The notes under the pieces are model-generated. The model was not told the origin of the DNA and did no database searches. It was given only the letters and a program-made list of their open reading frames with translations. From the NCBI GenBank assembly GCA_964658305.1, contig OZ210885.1, forward strand, positions 4,092,001 through 4,156,000: a DNA stretch of 64,000 bases, in the 5' to 3' direction. The stretch comes from Leptogorgia sarmentosa. Taxonomy: Eukaryota. Position numbers and translations under genes: made by a program. The first letter of the stretch is position 1, and each line of letters begins with the position of its first letter. Positions 51,589 through 64,000 of the stretch are shown here, piece by piece.

Positions 51589-52043
51589 TATAATTTTATA
51601 AAATAACATGTATATAACGCGTCCTCTGATTGGTCGAAATCCGTGTGTGGATCACGACCAAACACGGAATTTTAAAGTTCCTTCGCGGGAATTTTAAACA
51701 TGTTTGACTCGTCTTGACACTCAAACACGTCTGTTGTTATTTAATGAAACAATTACTTTATGTTTTCCGTGTTTGGGTGGTCTTATCCAAGCACTTGGGA
51801 ATGTTGCTCGAGTGAAGAAAAGCTGGCAAAATCACTCGCTTTCGCTTCGTGATTTCCCGCGCTTTTCTTAACTCTCGCAACATTCCCGCGTGACACGCAC
51901 AGACGAGCAATTTTTCCTTGACAAATTTCTTGACAAGTTAAGTTTATTTTCTCGTGTGAACGGCAAACAATTTTTCCTGGTTGGCCGTACACACGAACAA
52001 ATAAAACTTGTCAAGGAAAAATTGCTCGTCTGTGCGGGGCTTA
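51589..52043. repeat. Composite repeat plus MITE, direct copy of 30810-31250
   Basis: Shared sequence; MITE right end TGCTCGTCTGTGCGGGGCTTAA complements TTAAGCCCCGCACAGACGAGCA at 31094. Confidence 0.8.
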
Positions 52044-53550
52044 AATCATCGAAGCATTCCCTATACCTTGCGAGTAGACTAGTTGTACTAATAGTCTTTA
52101 CTGCAAGTTGTCCATACTTATCTTGTGTTTCAATCCATACTCCATAGTCGTTGCTTCCCCTTCTTAGCGTTTTCTTAACATTTATGTTTTCTCAGAAGGC
52201 TTTTCAAGTTCTTGCAGCGTAGATCTTCTCTTTGTTTTCGCCTTTTTAAAAACCTTCGAACATAAGCCGCTGAAACATTGGAAAAGTTGTGGAAGGGGGC
52301 GGTGTGGGGTGGGGTGTGGGTTGCAGCATGTGAGGAGAAAAGAAAAAATGTTAGGAATATAAATTTAATGGCGCTTGTGTTCATTTCCGTGTTCTGATTG
52401 AGAGTAAAAACGATCCTGGTTGTTCATACATAAGCATATCGTGTTAGCCCATGTGAGCAAGATTCACATCATGACACAGACAATTTATACATCCTTGCCA
52501 AACCAAACATAAACCGAGGAGAAAAAAACTTGTGGTACTGCTACAGATTTTACTCACAACATGCTCAGTAATGATATACAGGGTTTCCGAAAAAACTGAC
52601 CTGCATAAATTAATTATGCATTCGATGAAATTGTTATTCACAATAATGTAATTATTATTCACAGTAGTTTGACGAACTTGATTTTTCTGTACATACTGTC
52701 ATACAATAAAGCGATTTCGTTTTAATGAATATATAATTTTTATATCATTACCACGAGAGCTATGCTTTGTTCATCATGTTGATGATTTAATATGGTATGG
52801 TTTCTCACGTGACGAACGAAGGGAGCGACGAATGGGTAAGATTGAGAGATGTGATTTTTCCGTTTGTACCATGCAACAGCTTTTTCCCGTCCTATGTTCG
52901 ACTCATTTTTCACTGTTTTTGTTTTAACTTTTGATGAATTTGGGTGGAACCCGGGGTCTGCTTTATAAGTTCGCCACCCACCCACAAATCTTAAGGCGGC
53001 AAAATGTACATCTATTTTCTGGCTACTTTTAATTATAGAGTAGAAGTTTTGCTGCCAACACTATTTAGTTCTTAAAATGGACAACTTGCACTAAACACTA
53101 ATATTTGATGTAGGTAAAAACAAGGAAAGTCGATAAACGTAGTTAGGAGAAACATAATAGAACTAGAGGGCATTCAAAGACTGCATACGCATATCTCCGC
53201 CAGCAGCAAATTTCGCTGACACCACATTTTACCCGTGATTAAGCATTCAGAATATCAATTAACTTCATTACGCATTACTTCATTACATACTTTAAACAAT
53301 AAAGCAACGAAAGTTTTATTTCATGAATTTTTCACTTGATTCTCAACCAAATTGAACCAAAATTTAATTATCTCTTCCTTGTGCAATGGCCAACAATTGT
53401 GAAAAGTTTTGTGGCCAAATGGCCAAGGTTCGTTCTTTCGCAAGTTATCATGTTCACACACCAACACACACATTCGGTCCATTGGTAACTAAATTTGATA
53501 CGAATTTCCGCACGTAATACATATGATTCAAATTTGCCTACATCACAGAG

Positions 53551-56500
53551 CTATACTTCAGTATTACAACATTTCGCAACCAAATTTTGCAGTTTCTGTA
53601 ATTTTGATAACTTCTTTACGGAGGTTTTCGGGTGGCGTTCGTAAACTTGATAGGCGGTTCTGAGACCACTTTCCAAGGCACCTTCTACCCAACCAGCAGC
53701 AAGTGATAGGGTGGCACCAGCAAAATGTACATTACCCATTGGTTCCCATAGGAATCTAAACACAACAAATATTGTCACTTGGCCTGAACAGTGTTTAACA
53801 GACTATTAAAAATCCATACTTTTATTACTTTAGGGCAAGACGTATAAACCCACAATTCAGACAATTTACACAATTTTTTTGGTAATAAAAAATGCCCTTA
53901 GAAAAATTGCTTGAGCAAAAATGGGGCTGTGATAAAACACCGAACAGTGTGTAAATTTGTTAGTATGGTGACACCACAGATAGCAGTGAAACATTTCAGA
54001 TAAACGATAATTATTTTGTAATTTAAATCAATTGAATGACTGTGTAGGTTATCTTAATTAAACTGCAATCTTAAAACGGTACTAAAGGTTTTTGTATAAA
54101 TGTTTAATTGTCCTTATTTCTACTGGAGTCTGCGAAATCATTTGTAGGATTGACGTTTGGAATAGAATAGAATAGAATAGAATAGAACAGAATAACATAG
54201 AATAGAATAGAATAGAATAGAGTAAAATAGAATAGAATAGAATAGAATAGAATAGAATAGAATAGAATAGGATAGGATAGGATAGGATAGGATAGGATCG
54301 AATAGGATCGAATAGGATAGAATAGGATCGGATAGGATAGGATAGAATAGGATGGAATAGGACGGGATAGGATAGGATGGAATAGGATGGAATAGGATAG
54401 AATGAGAATGGAGTGGGATGGGATGGAGTAGCATAAGATAGGATAGGTTAGGATAGGGCAGGACAGAACAGAACAGAACAGAACAGAACGGACAGAACCA
54501 AACGGAACGGAACAGAACAGAACGAAATAAAACGGAACGGAACGTAATGGAATAGCACAGCAATCAGGGAAAATGCCGAAAATCTTGAAGGCGGAAAAAA
54601 TTAAAATGGCGGACTTAAAGTTGCTATATTAACTTTTTTAAAGTTGAGCAACCTTGTTATTGTGATGGTGTTCAAATTTGAAGAAAAATCCGGGATGATG
54701 GCCCTAGAATTTTAGGCAGTAGTATAAATTGTATTATGCTTGTTTCTGAGTTGATGCCTGTGATGTGAAAACGTTTAGTTGATGTCCAAATTTTCAAACA
54801 CGAATTCTTGTCGGGAAATTTGAAAGTTGTAATGACTTCTATTGGTTAAATCTTCCACTTAAAATCGCCTGTGTATGCTGACAATGCGTGCATATTCTCA
54901 CGCACAAAAACAAATCAGGCATGTAACTTTAGAAATACCTACCTGATATTCTGAAACTGATGTGTCTTCAAAAGACCGTAGGCACCTTGATAAGAGGGCT
55001 TGTTGTGCCAAGCATGGACAATACAAGTTTCAACCATACCATCTTCCTTGATTTCCGGGTGGATTTCTGCGAGTTGGTCAATTGCCTCCTGCTTGACCTG
55101 ATCTTGCGTCAAGGAGCCAAAAATCAATGCTTCATTCTTCCACGTGTAAATCAATATTATTCCCTGATTGGTGGAGTCAAATCCGGGATCAGGTTTGACG
55201 TAATGTATTTGACCAATGGGGAGGTTTGTCTTAGAGAAACCACCTTGAATTCCTTCGCTTTCCCAAAATCTTGTTTTGGTTTGCAAGATTATCTTTGTCG
55301 ACTTTGCGATGAAGATGTCTTCGATGGCTTGGAATGCTTTTCGTTGTTCTTGTTTTTGATTTTTGTCAGAAACAAGTGGTTCAAACTTGATTTGTCGTAA
55401 TATATTCACTGCTGTGGTGACAATTACAGCCTGTAATAAATGCGATCACGGAGTATTATAGTTTATCAAACGGTTCAAACCTGAAGTAGCTCAAAACACA
55501 TTCAAATGTTTGGGTGCCCAACAGTTTTGAATGATCAATCTTGTTTTAAATATGTATTTTGAATATCAACCTAAATTTCAATGGCTTTTCTTTCATATAT
55601 GTCTAGCTTTTAGTAACACATATGCCGTTGGTTGTGAGTGACGATTGACGAAAACTTAGGGAAGTATTTTCATACGGTTCAGTGGTCTCGTAATGTTGGG
55701 CTAACATTAACAAGCTATATGTATCTCGTTTATGAAGGTGAGATTGTCAAACGGAAATCGAATTTTAGCTGGTGTGCCAGACAAAAATAAGCAAAAAATC
55801 AGATGCTCTTTTAATTAATAACCTCAGCACAATCATCAACGGTTATAATAAACCTAGTGACACAAGGTAGCTACAAGGCCATGTCACCAAACCAGTAACA
55901 GTTTAATAAACGTACCTTTGCTGTGTATTTGTGCTCTTCGGGGTAATAATCATTGGCATAGCACGAAACCTCAACCATGTCATTTGGTGACGAAGAAGAG
56001 GAAGAGTATTTAATCTTGAACACTTGCGCGTTGTATTCAAGGTCATTTTCATTCAGCTTATCTGTATGAAGAAAAGCATCGGCTAAACTGTGCAATCCGC
56101 CCTCCAAAGAATGCATGTTATCTGACCACCATTTTCCCATGTCATCGCGAAGATACTGCACCAGAGATTGGTCAAGTGTCTCCGTATAGGTAAACACAGA
56201 AAAACCTCGCAAGGCATCGTTGTGCCAAGGCAAAAGTTTCTTAAGGATATCCGGATCTGAAGGATCTTCCCAGTCAGGGACCATTGCCATAATTACGTCA
56301 TAAGTGCTCAGGAGGAAGCTTTCTAAAGTGAACTGACTCCAGGTGTTGATCCAGTCATTCCAAACTTTGATTTCCTCAGCAATTTTTCCTTTATGTTTAC
56401 GTATTTTCTGTAACTTCTTTTTCAACTGGTTGATGGCAACTTCGGTTGTTTTGCAGTAATAGGTACCTAAACAAAGTTACAATGTATCTTTACAATACAA

Positions 56501-59318
56501 ATCCTTGATGGTCTCAAAATTTTTAGATGATTATCTGCAACTATTTACAGTGAGATCGAAGTTATTGAAGGTACGCGTTTTTATTCTTACTCTTAAAATG
56601 GTCAAATTTCTCACTTACAAAAACGCGTAGATTTTGAAGTCGCAGAAGACTTCCAAGAATGACTAGCAAGGAACTTTTAGCAATTACGTGTTCTCCCGAG
56701 GAGCAGCGATTCCTCGCAAGCAAGGGCGTTTCGTGGAGATTTATTATAAAAACTTGGCATGGAGGCTTTTGGGAACGCTTATATAGTGAAGAGTGTCAAA
56801 CAATGCCTTAAAAATCAATCCGTCAAACTGCATTATCGTTGAAGGAGTTGTGCACAATATAACTTGAGATTGAGTCAACGTTTACTACTTCTAGCTTTAA
56901 AAACATTTTAAATCAGAGGCCAATCAGGGATTTGATAAAAGCACAGCCTAAAATTATTCAAAATGGCAGATCCAGCGGATAAGTCAACATACGTGGATCA
57001 TATATAACTCATTAGACGAACTCGTCTGTATACGTACCTATATCTGGAATGCTCATCTCCGCGCTAATGTTTTTCTTCCAATTAGGCCAAACTTCATCGA
57101 AATACAGCTTTTCCCAATCTGAACAAGATGTATCATACATTATTGTCGTACCTAGGGCTACTAATATAGTACATAGCTTGTTTTCATGTGTTTGAAATGG
57201 GTTAGAATAAAACACGGATACGGTTGGCGAATGACGGTTGAAAGTAAAGGATGAATGATAGAACAGGGATGAGAATGGCGGATGAAAGATGGGATTTGTG
57301 CACTGGGATTTAGTCAAAGTCTGGGCTGGGAAATGGGAATAGAAACCCCCTTCCGGACCCTCTTTGTAGGAAAAACCCCGGAAAACACTCGCTGTTATAT
57401 ATTGGCGCATTTATATATTGGCGGTTCGTTCTGGCGGTGTACTTGGCTGTAACCACAAAAGAATAAAATCTGCATGCGGCATTTATGTCAGCCATATGTG
57501 CTTAGTGCATCCAGAAAAGTCAAACTAAGGATTTTAACGATGTACGTCAGTGCATGAAAAGTAAACAAATATCAGTTTTCATGCATATGGATAGATTGGT
57601 AAGTATAAATCATGAAATTAGACTAAAGTTTAACAATGCAAATGTATAAACACTTAAAAAATCATAAACAATCTCATAAAGACAAATATAAAGCGGTGAC
57701 AAGTGTGCGTTACTTTTTTCACATTTGACAGCATCCGGCTTCCAAGGGCCCCTGTCGAACACGTGGACCCTGCGTGCTGTCGCATGCATGGCTTCTGTTC
57801 TCGTTCGATATAGCTATATGTTTTTTTCCTGAAAATTCTCCATCGCGAAGCTGTGAGAAGTGCATCTATCACAGAAACCAAGTATCACAAGTCAATATTG
57901 ATCATGGCTGTAATGAATCTCACAAAGCTTTGAAAATACTGCCGGAAAATGTTCTAGTATCTTTTACCCGCCATTTTCATCCGCGTTTTATTATTCATCC
58001 TCCACTTTCATCCGTCATCCGTATCCGCGTTTTATCCTAACCGTTCTAAATATCAAAAGGGCATACATACTACTGGTCATTGTTGTCGGATAACCATAAA
58101 TATGAGTTAGTGTATTTGGATCGCAATTTGGAAATGGTTTGATTTTTAACCCAAACTGTGTGATATAACCGTTGGTTAGAAAATGTGGTTTATTTGGATC
58201 ATCAACACCACCTGGCAATCTCATGGCACCAGCTGAAAAGTAAAAAAAATGCGTTAGCAAAATAAATGATTTGAAATGAAATCTCAGCATGATATGTTTT
58301 CAGCAAATAAGAGTTTCAATGGAAGTTATTTTTGCAAATTGACACCTTGGCTTTCCCTCAGACCCTCATAAGCTCGTGTGGCCCAGAAATGTGCGGTTTC
58401 ATTTAGTTATAACATAAAATATATTATAAAACAAGGTTCTACGCGAGTAATGCAAACGCATAGAGGGGAAACCATAAGTTAGGATATTCACTTAAATAAC
58501 ATTTTGATAATTAGTCTTTACGTTTCCGCAAATTCAAACACAGGTAAGTTTAGGCATTGCTTTATTAAAATATTGCTTAGGTATATATAGTTTGTTTTTA
58601 TTTTATACTAAATAAAAAGGGTCACCTTATTTATGTTACAACTTTTTTAGAGTGTCTTACCGGGTATAGGAAGCTTCGGAGGACAGGTAAAGATCGGAAG
58701 ACGTTATATATAGTCTTTTGTACTGCACAGGGACAAGTTTAAAACATTTCTGGCGGTGTGTGTCAATAGGAGATCGACATTTTAATACAGGTTGTGCATT
58801 TTTGGGTCGTTCCCCATGGAAGCTAGGAAAACATCTCTGAAAAACTGCTTCTTCTGTGTATTTTTAAACTTTTTATTGTCTGGAAATCATGTAGCAATAT
58901 ATATACCTTCGCCATATAGACCAGGTGCAAGATGGTCCTTCTCGCCACTGTAGGTGTACACCCTTCCACCGTAACGGTCTGTCTGCTCTAGGATTTTCAC
59001 AGAAAATCCTGCTCTCTTTAACTCGTATGCTGCAGAGATACCAGCCATACCTGCCCCAACAATGATGACGTCATAGTCATACTCAGGTATGAACGTTTCT
59101 GCTTCATACGGGGCACTACTGTGATGAAAATTAGGGTCAGGTGGTCCGTCACCATACTTCTTATAGGCCGCCGCTAATCCTTCTGTCCGAATTTTCTCCA
59201 AAAACTTTTTGAGATAGTCGCTCTGCTGAATGACACCATTTCCCTCTCGCATTCGCTTCTTGTAGGGCTTGACACCTTTTGAAAGATTTTTATGGTTCAA
59301 CAGGTAAGAGGTTGCCAT
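53551..59318 (-). CDS. L-amino-acid-oxidase-family flavin amine oxidoreductase, copy B, 632 aa
   Basis: Exons 59318-58907, 58232-58071, 57118-57038, 56466-55916, 55430-54943, 53755-53551 (1899 nt); same intron positions as copy A. Confidence 0.92.
54159..54555. repeat. Compound pentanucleotide microsatellite (AATAG, GATAG, AACAG, AACGG)
   Basis: Read directly; lies in the last intron of copy B and is absent from copy A. Confidence 0.95.
57200..58042. mobile_element. Non-autonomous TIR element in an intron of copy B
   Basis: Ends GGTTAGAATAAAACACGGATACGG / CCGTATCCGCGTTTTATCCTAACC; absent from copy A. Confidence 0.7.
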
Positions 59319-59498
59319 CTTGTTCGGCTAAGTAAATCTATAAAAAAGTGTAAAGATTATAAAAGTGAAACTCAAGAGAAGCCAGCTTTGAATACGATTC
59401 CATGCATTTTCACGACTTTTCGAAAGGCGACCCTTCTACACTGATACCTATGCTATCTTTTTATGTTGTGTTTGAAGTGACTATTCTGTCTTATACAT

Positions 59499-60007
59499 CA
59501 GGGGCCGGTTGTTCAAATGCCTGTTAGTTTAATCCTGGGTTAACTTAAAATCCAAAGCAAATTCACCAACAATTTGTTTAGAAATTTAGAAATGTTTCTT
59601 CAGAAATCTCGAGTAGATCGTTACGAGTTTCTTCTTTAAAATTTCCAAGTAAAGAGATATGCAGAAAGTTACAAACTAAAACACTGGATTAAATTTTAAT
59701 CCAGTTAATTAAATTTTAATCTAGTATTAGCCTTAACCTAGCTTTGAACAACCGGCCCCAAAGCTGTTAAGTTCGAAATATTTAAAACCTGGGAGCAGTT
59801 GTTCAAAAGCCGGTTAGTTTAACCCTGGATTAACTTGAAAATTCAAATCAATGAATTTAAAGATAAATCTGCAGAAGTCTTGTATGGATCTAAAAGAGTT
59901 TCCTTCAATAAGAGTTTTGAAGTAAACTGATGTGTAGAAATATTGAAGCCAAAAAACTGGGCTAAATTTTAACCCAGGGTTAGCGCTAATCTAGCTTTGA
60001 ACAACTG
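59499..60007. mobile_element. Two adjacent related MITEs
   Basis: GGGGCCGGTTGTTCAAA...TTTGAACAACCGGCCCC (59501-59759) and GCAGTTGTTCAAA...TTTGAACAACTGC; one end of the first is also present at 25110-25188. Confidence 0.7.
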
Positions 60008-60137
60008 CATGGCTCCTGGAGATTATCGGTTTGTGTCTCAGCTTGTATCTCCCCAGAACAGCGTTATATGGGTTATAGATCAGGTCAGTAACAATCAGTA
60101 AGACTTGTGTTTGATTAACTCATGAATGTACCAGGGG

Positions 60138-60455
60138 CATGTTAGTGCTATTGTTGCATGCATAGAACTGATGGAAGTGATTGAAGAACAAGCAATTCAA
60201 TATGTTATAACACCACCTAAGACTTGGAAACGATATGTCGACGACAATTTTGCTGTTATGAATAAGAGCGCTGTCGTTATTTTCACAACACACTCAATTC
60301 TATTGACCCTCACATCATGCAACTTCATTTATAGAACATTATTAGAACGGACAAATTGCCTTTCTTTACACTCCAGTTTCTAGACAATTATATTCCATCA
60401 ACGTTTACCACAAGCCTACTCATTCAGACCGCTACTTGAACTTCTCTTCGCATCA
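60138..60455 (+). mobile_element. Penelope-like reverse transcriptase fragment
   Basis: VSAIVA...MEVIEEQAI...WKRYVDDNF and VYHKPTHSDRYLNFSSHH, frameshifted. Confidence 0.8.
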
Positions 60456-62598
60456 TATAATTAGTGTTGGCTGCATGAAAAGCAACGACAAATGGAATTC
60501 GCTAAGTAAGAAATTGGACTTTTTTAAACATGTAATTATACCAAAAGTGGTAGGAATGCATGCATTGTATGAAGTCAAACGCCTATGTTTCCGGCGTACA
60601 CATAAACATGTTCTGGAATTTGCTATTAAATGTTTCATTCCCTGCCGGATAAAATACGCTGCAGTCTGTTTCCTCATTTAGGTAAGAATCCCAAACGGTG
60701 GGTAACATCGGAAAAGCAGATGATTTCCAGTGGCGTGGGAAAATCGTTAATGTTAGCGGCAGATATGTATTCATGTTCTGCATCATTAATTGAGTTTTGA
60801 AATCGGTTGCTTTGATTGAAACGAATATATGAATATACCCCCCCCCCCCACCCCCTCACGGCCCTGTGTACTAATGAGATACAAGTACAAGAATATAAAC
60901 CTAGATATTATACCTAAAAGTATATAATATGTGTAAAAATGACGTGGCGTATGTGCATGTGCAAACTCAAATATGAGGTGATTTTTGAAATTATTCCTCA
61001 GATTTTTGCCAGAATCAGGCTAAAAAATTTGCCAGAATTTTTGGGGAGGCAGCTGCCCCCTTGCCCCCCCCCTCCCCCCCCCCCCCGCCTCGTATGTCTA
61101 TGGAATGTGCCTACTAAATCCTCACGACTTGGTGTGGCTTTATAATTATCGGTTTGGGATTTGATCATGTTAGAAATGGGTGGTTTTGGTATCCATTTGA
61201 GGCGAGTGTTTGTTCACATCACACCTTGATTAGACGCGTGTGTGTGCCTTGATGTTCACTGGACTTATTTATGTGGCTGTAGTTACAACCGTGACTGGGT
61301 TGTTTAGCCCAACCAAAAGGTGTAATTTAGACACTTCATGTTGTAAACACTCTCATACAAAGTCCGCGGTGCATATCAAAGTTATGCCAAGGGATTCACC
61401 TTCCATCTATAACTGATACTGTGCTTCTAGTTCTATGTTAAATGATTGCGTAAATTATTCACCTTACCATAATCAGTGAAACGAGATAGAACTACTCAGT
61501 ATAAATCAAACTGTAGCTATACCTTTTTTTAAAACTGTGACTTATTGCACGCAATACTAGTGACAAAAATTGTTGTCGCCGCAGTAACTCTTCTAGACTT
61601 CTATGTGAAACTAAAAGATCCTGTCTTTCCCAATTCTCGTGATTCTCGTCGGTTAATTCCCAGTTCCAATTATGCAATCCGAATTTGATGCTCTTTAACT
61701 TGGGTAAAACAAACGTACGCAACTTCATTTTGAGATCAGTTTTTAGCCTTATACATAAGTTCCATAGAATATCCAATAGAATATTTCAATGTAGTATTCT
61801 ATAGAATATTTTTGTAAGGGAATTGATACTGTGCTTCTATTAAATGACAAAATTAATATATATCTTGTATACTCTATAGCTTGGGTAAAACAACTTCTAC
61901 GCCATTTTAAGATCATATTAAACAGACGTGTTCATTTCAAGTAAATGATAACTTTATCAGAAGCGGTCATTTTAAGATGCATGGTTGTCCCCCCCCCCCG
62001 AATTAACGTTCTAGCGCCGGCCCTGCCAACATCAATGCAAGTTCGCTACGTTCAAGCCTAGGATTGCATCTTTTATCCACTTGTTTTGTGAAATATCACT
62101 TCAAAATGTCAACACATTTGTCAAATACTGAAGTTTAGGACGGAAATTGGGAATAGAATATTTATAACTTTGCGCTTTGCAACCTGGCAAACAAAATGAT
62201 TATCACTCAGCTAAAACGGGCGCGCTCGATTAAAAATAAATGGCTGTACGCTTTCTTGGCGAAATTTCATCTACTTGATCAAAACTAAACCGCCGTGTGC
62301 TTTTTAGGCATACTCAAATCAAAACAAAACGTCTGTGCTCAACCTAGTTTATACAACATGCATAAAAATTATATTAGTATTTCACATCAGTAGAAACAAA
62401 TCTGCAAGTATAATTTATACATGCGCTGATGAAGGTCTGCATGGTTTTCCCAGTCGGTATATGCGAGCCAAATTTCAGTTTGTTAATAAGAAACACCAGC
62501 AGAGAGCTGGAGCGTGCGCTGAAGACCCTAGCTCTGACAAACGCAGTAAACGCTTCATATATGTAGCAGCGCCTTCCACATATTTCCGATCAACTTAC

Positions 62599-62756
62599 CT
62601 GGCTGCAGTTCCCAAAACTAGCCAATCTCTTGTCACTTGCAAGGTAGCGTATTTCGTTCTCGTAAAGTTACGCTTATCTACAATATCTTACCCTTTAAAA
62701 GCGGCCTCTCAAATATGGGTGGGAGTTTTGCTTCGATAGATATTGTTGCCTCCTGT
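62599..62756 (-). promoter_or_regulatory. Probable non-coding 5' UTR exon of oxidase copy B
   Basis: Homologous to 22934-23086 with conserved donor CAG|GTAAGTTGAT. Confidence 0.6.
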
Positions 62757-64000
62757 TGCCTGATTGACAACATAATTATTTTGCATTCAAAAGATATAAT
62801 GTAAATTAAGCGCGTTATTTATGCATGTTATTTTTTGTAAAAGGACAACCATATATATCAACTATATTATGCTTGTGTCTTCTTTTTAAACTTCAGATTT
62901 TTACAAACATTTACAGAATAACGTTGCAACACATGTGCACATGATGTGTGCTATATAATACAGGATTCCATTGCCGTGCAAGATCGATATAGTTTCTTTT
63001 GACCCCGCAGGCGATTATCGAGCCACTGGTTTTAACATTCTTATGGGTTAAACCAAATGATATTGGATTGCCTATTCCTGCACGTTTGTTGTACTGTGCT
63101 GCTTGTAAGCTTGTTTAAATTCCAAACCTAAAATGAATCAATTAATTGTCTTCAAGTTATAGAAAGAGACCTAAGTAACTATCTTCTTTTCACATAGGCT
63201 TTGTGTTCAAAGAACTCGCCGAACGGTGAAATATTTTATCCTCTAATGCATTCGTTTGTCTCCTGAGACAAAGCCTCACTCGGAAGAAGAAGTCAAGGAG
63301 AGTAGAGTGGGAGACAACAAACCTCAGATAACAGCGACATTTTTAAAACCAATACTGTTTTCCGTTTGTGGTTGCTTGAATAATTCCTTTTAATAAACGG
63401 TGAAACATTTTATTTTGTGACGCACTTGTTTGTCGCCGAGTACAAAACCTCTGCAGAAAAACAGACAGCAAGAATCGATTCCTATTTTGAGCAAATTACA
63501 ATTCAACAGCAGGTAAGCACTGAATAGTAAATACCCAGATAGCATGGCAACTCGGCAGGGTAACATGTACCGGACTGTCCCCCTGTTTTCATGCAATTAA
63601 CTAGCCAAAATAATGGCGGAACAGCCAGAACCTGCTAATTAAATTTCATCAAGTTGTAGACAAAACGTGAGTGCATGGAAGAAAACCTAACTATCTTGTT
63701 GGCATGTATAAAGGCTTTGTGTTCAGTATTAAAAATTAAAGAACTCCCCAACGCCGCAAGGGCGGTTTCAGGAGGGGGGCGGGGAAGCGGGTTAATAGGG
63801 TGAAATTTTCCCCCCTTTCCTGCCTCAACCATCAACCATGCAGTGCAGGAAAAAAACGGCGATATATCTGCTGTTTTATAGTAATTTCTATACGTTTTAT
63901 TTATGATTAAATAAGTAAAACGTCTTTAAACTATAGTGCATATGAATGCCTATTATTCAAGCCGTGGCCAAGGCGTCTCTTTAGGCTTTGCAACAGCTCT

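Noticed and set aside
54138..54563. 141 aa ILFYS-repeat ORF
   Set aside because: Translation of the pentanucleotide microsatellite

Overview
AT-rich eukaryotic genomic DNA with GT-AG spliced genes. The repeat content suggests a marine invertebrate, most likely an anthozoan cnidarian (inference). The first ~22 kb is a nest of decayed transposons: three non-LTR retroelements, a hAT element plus MITE, a BEL/Pao LTR element carrying a Ginger-like insert, Penelope fragments and Helentron-like repeats. Positions ~23-63 kb hold a compact four-gene cluster. Two inverted, convergent, intact six-coding-exon paralogs of a signal-peptide-less L-amino-acid-oxidase-family flavoenzyme bracket an intronless flavoenzyme and an intact 9-exon ABCC4/MRP4-like exporter. 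The intronless enzyme's motifs match Streptomyces NikD (piperideine-2-carboxylate to picolinate) rather than animal PIPOX. Main hypothesis: an animal biosynthetic gene cluster converting lysine via piperideine-2-carboxylate to picolinate (the homarine precursor) or a related amino-acid-derived metabolite, with its own exporter. Substrates, horizontal origin and co-expression are inferred, not shown.
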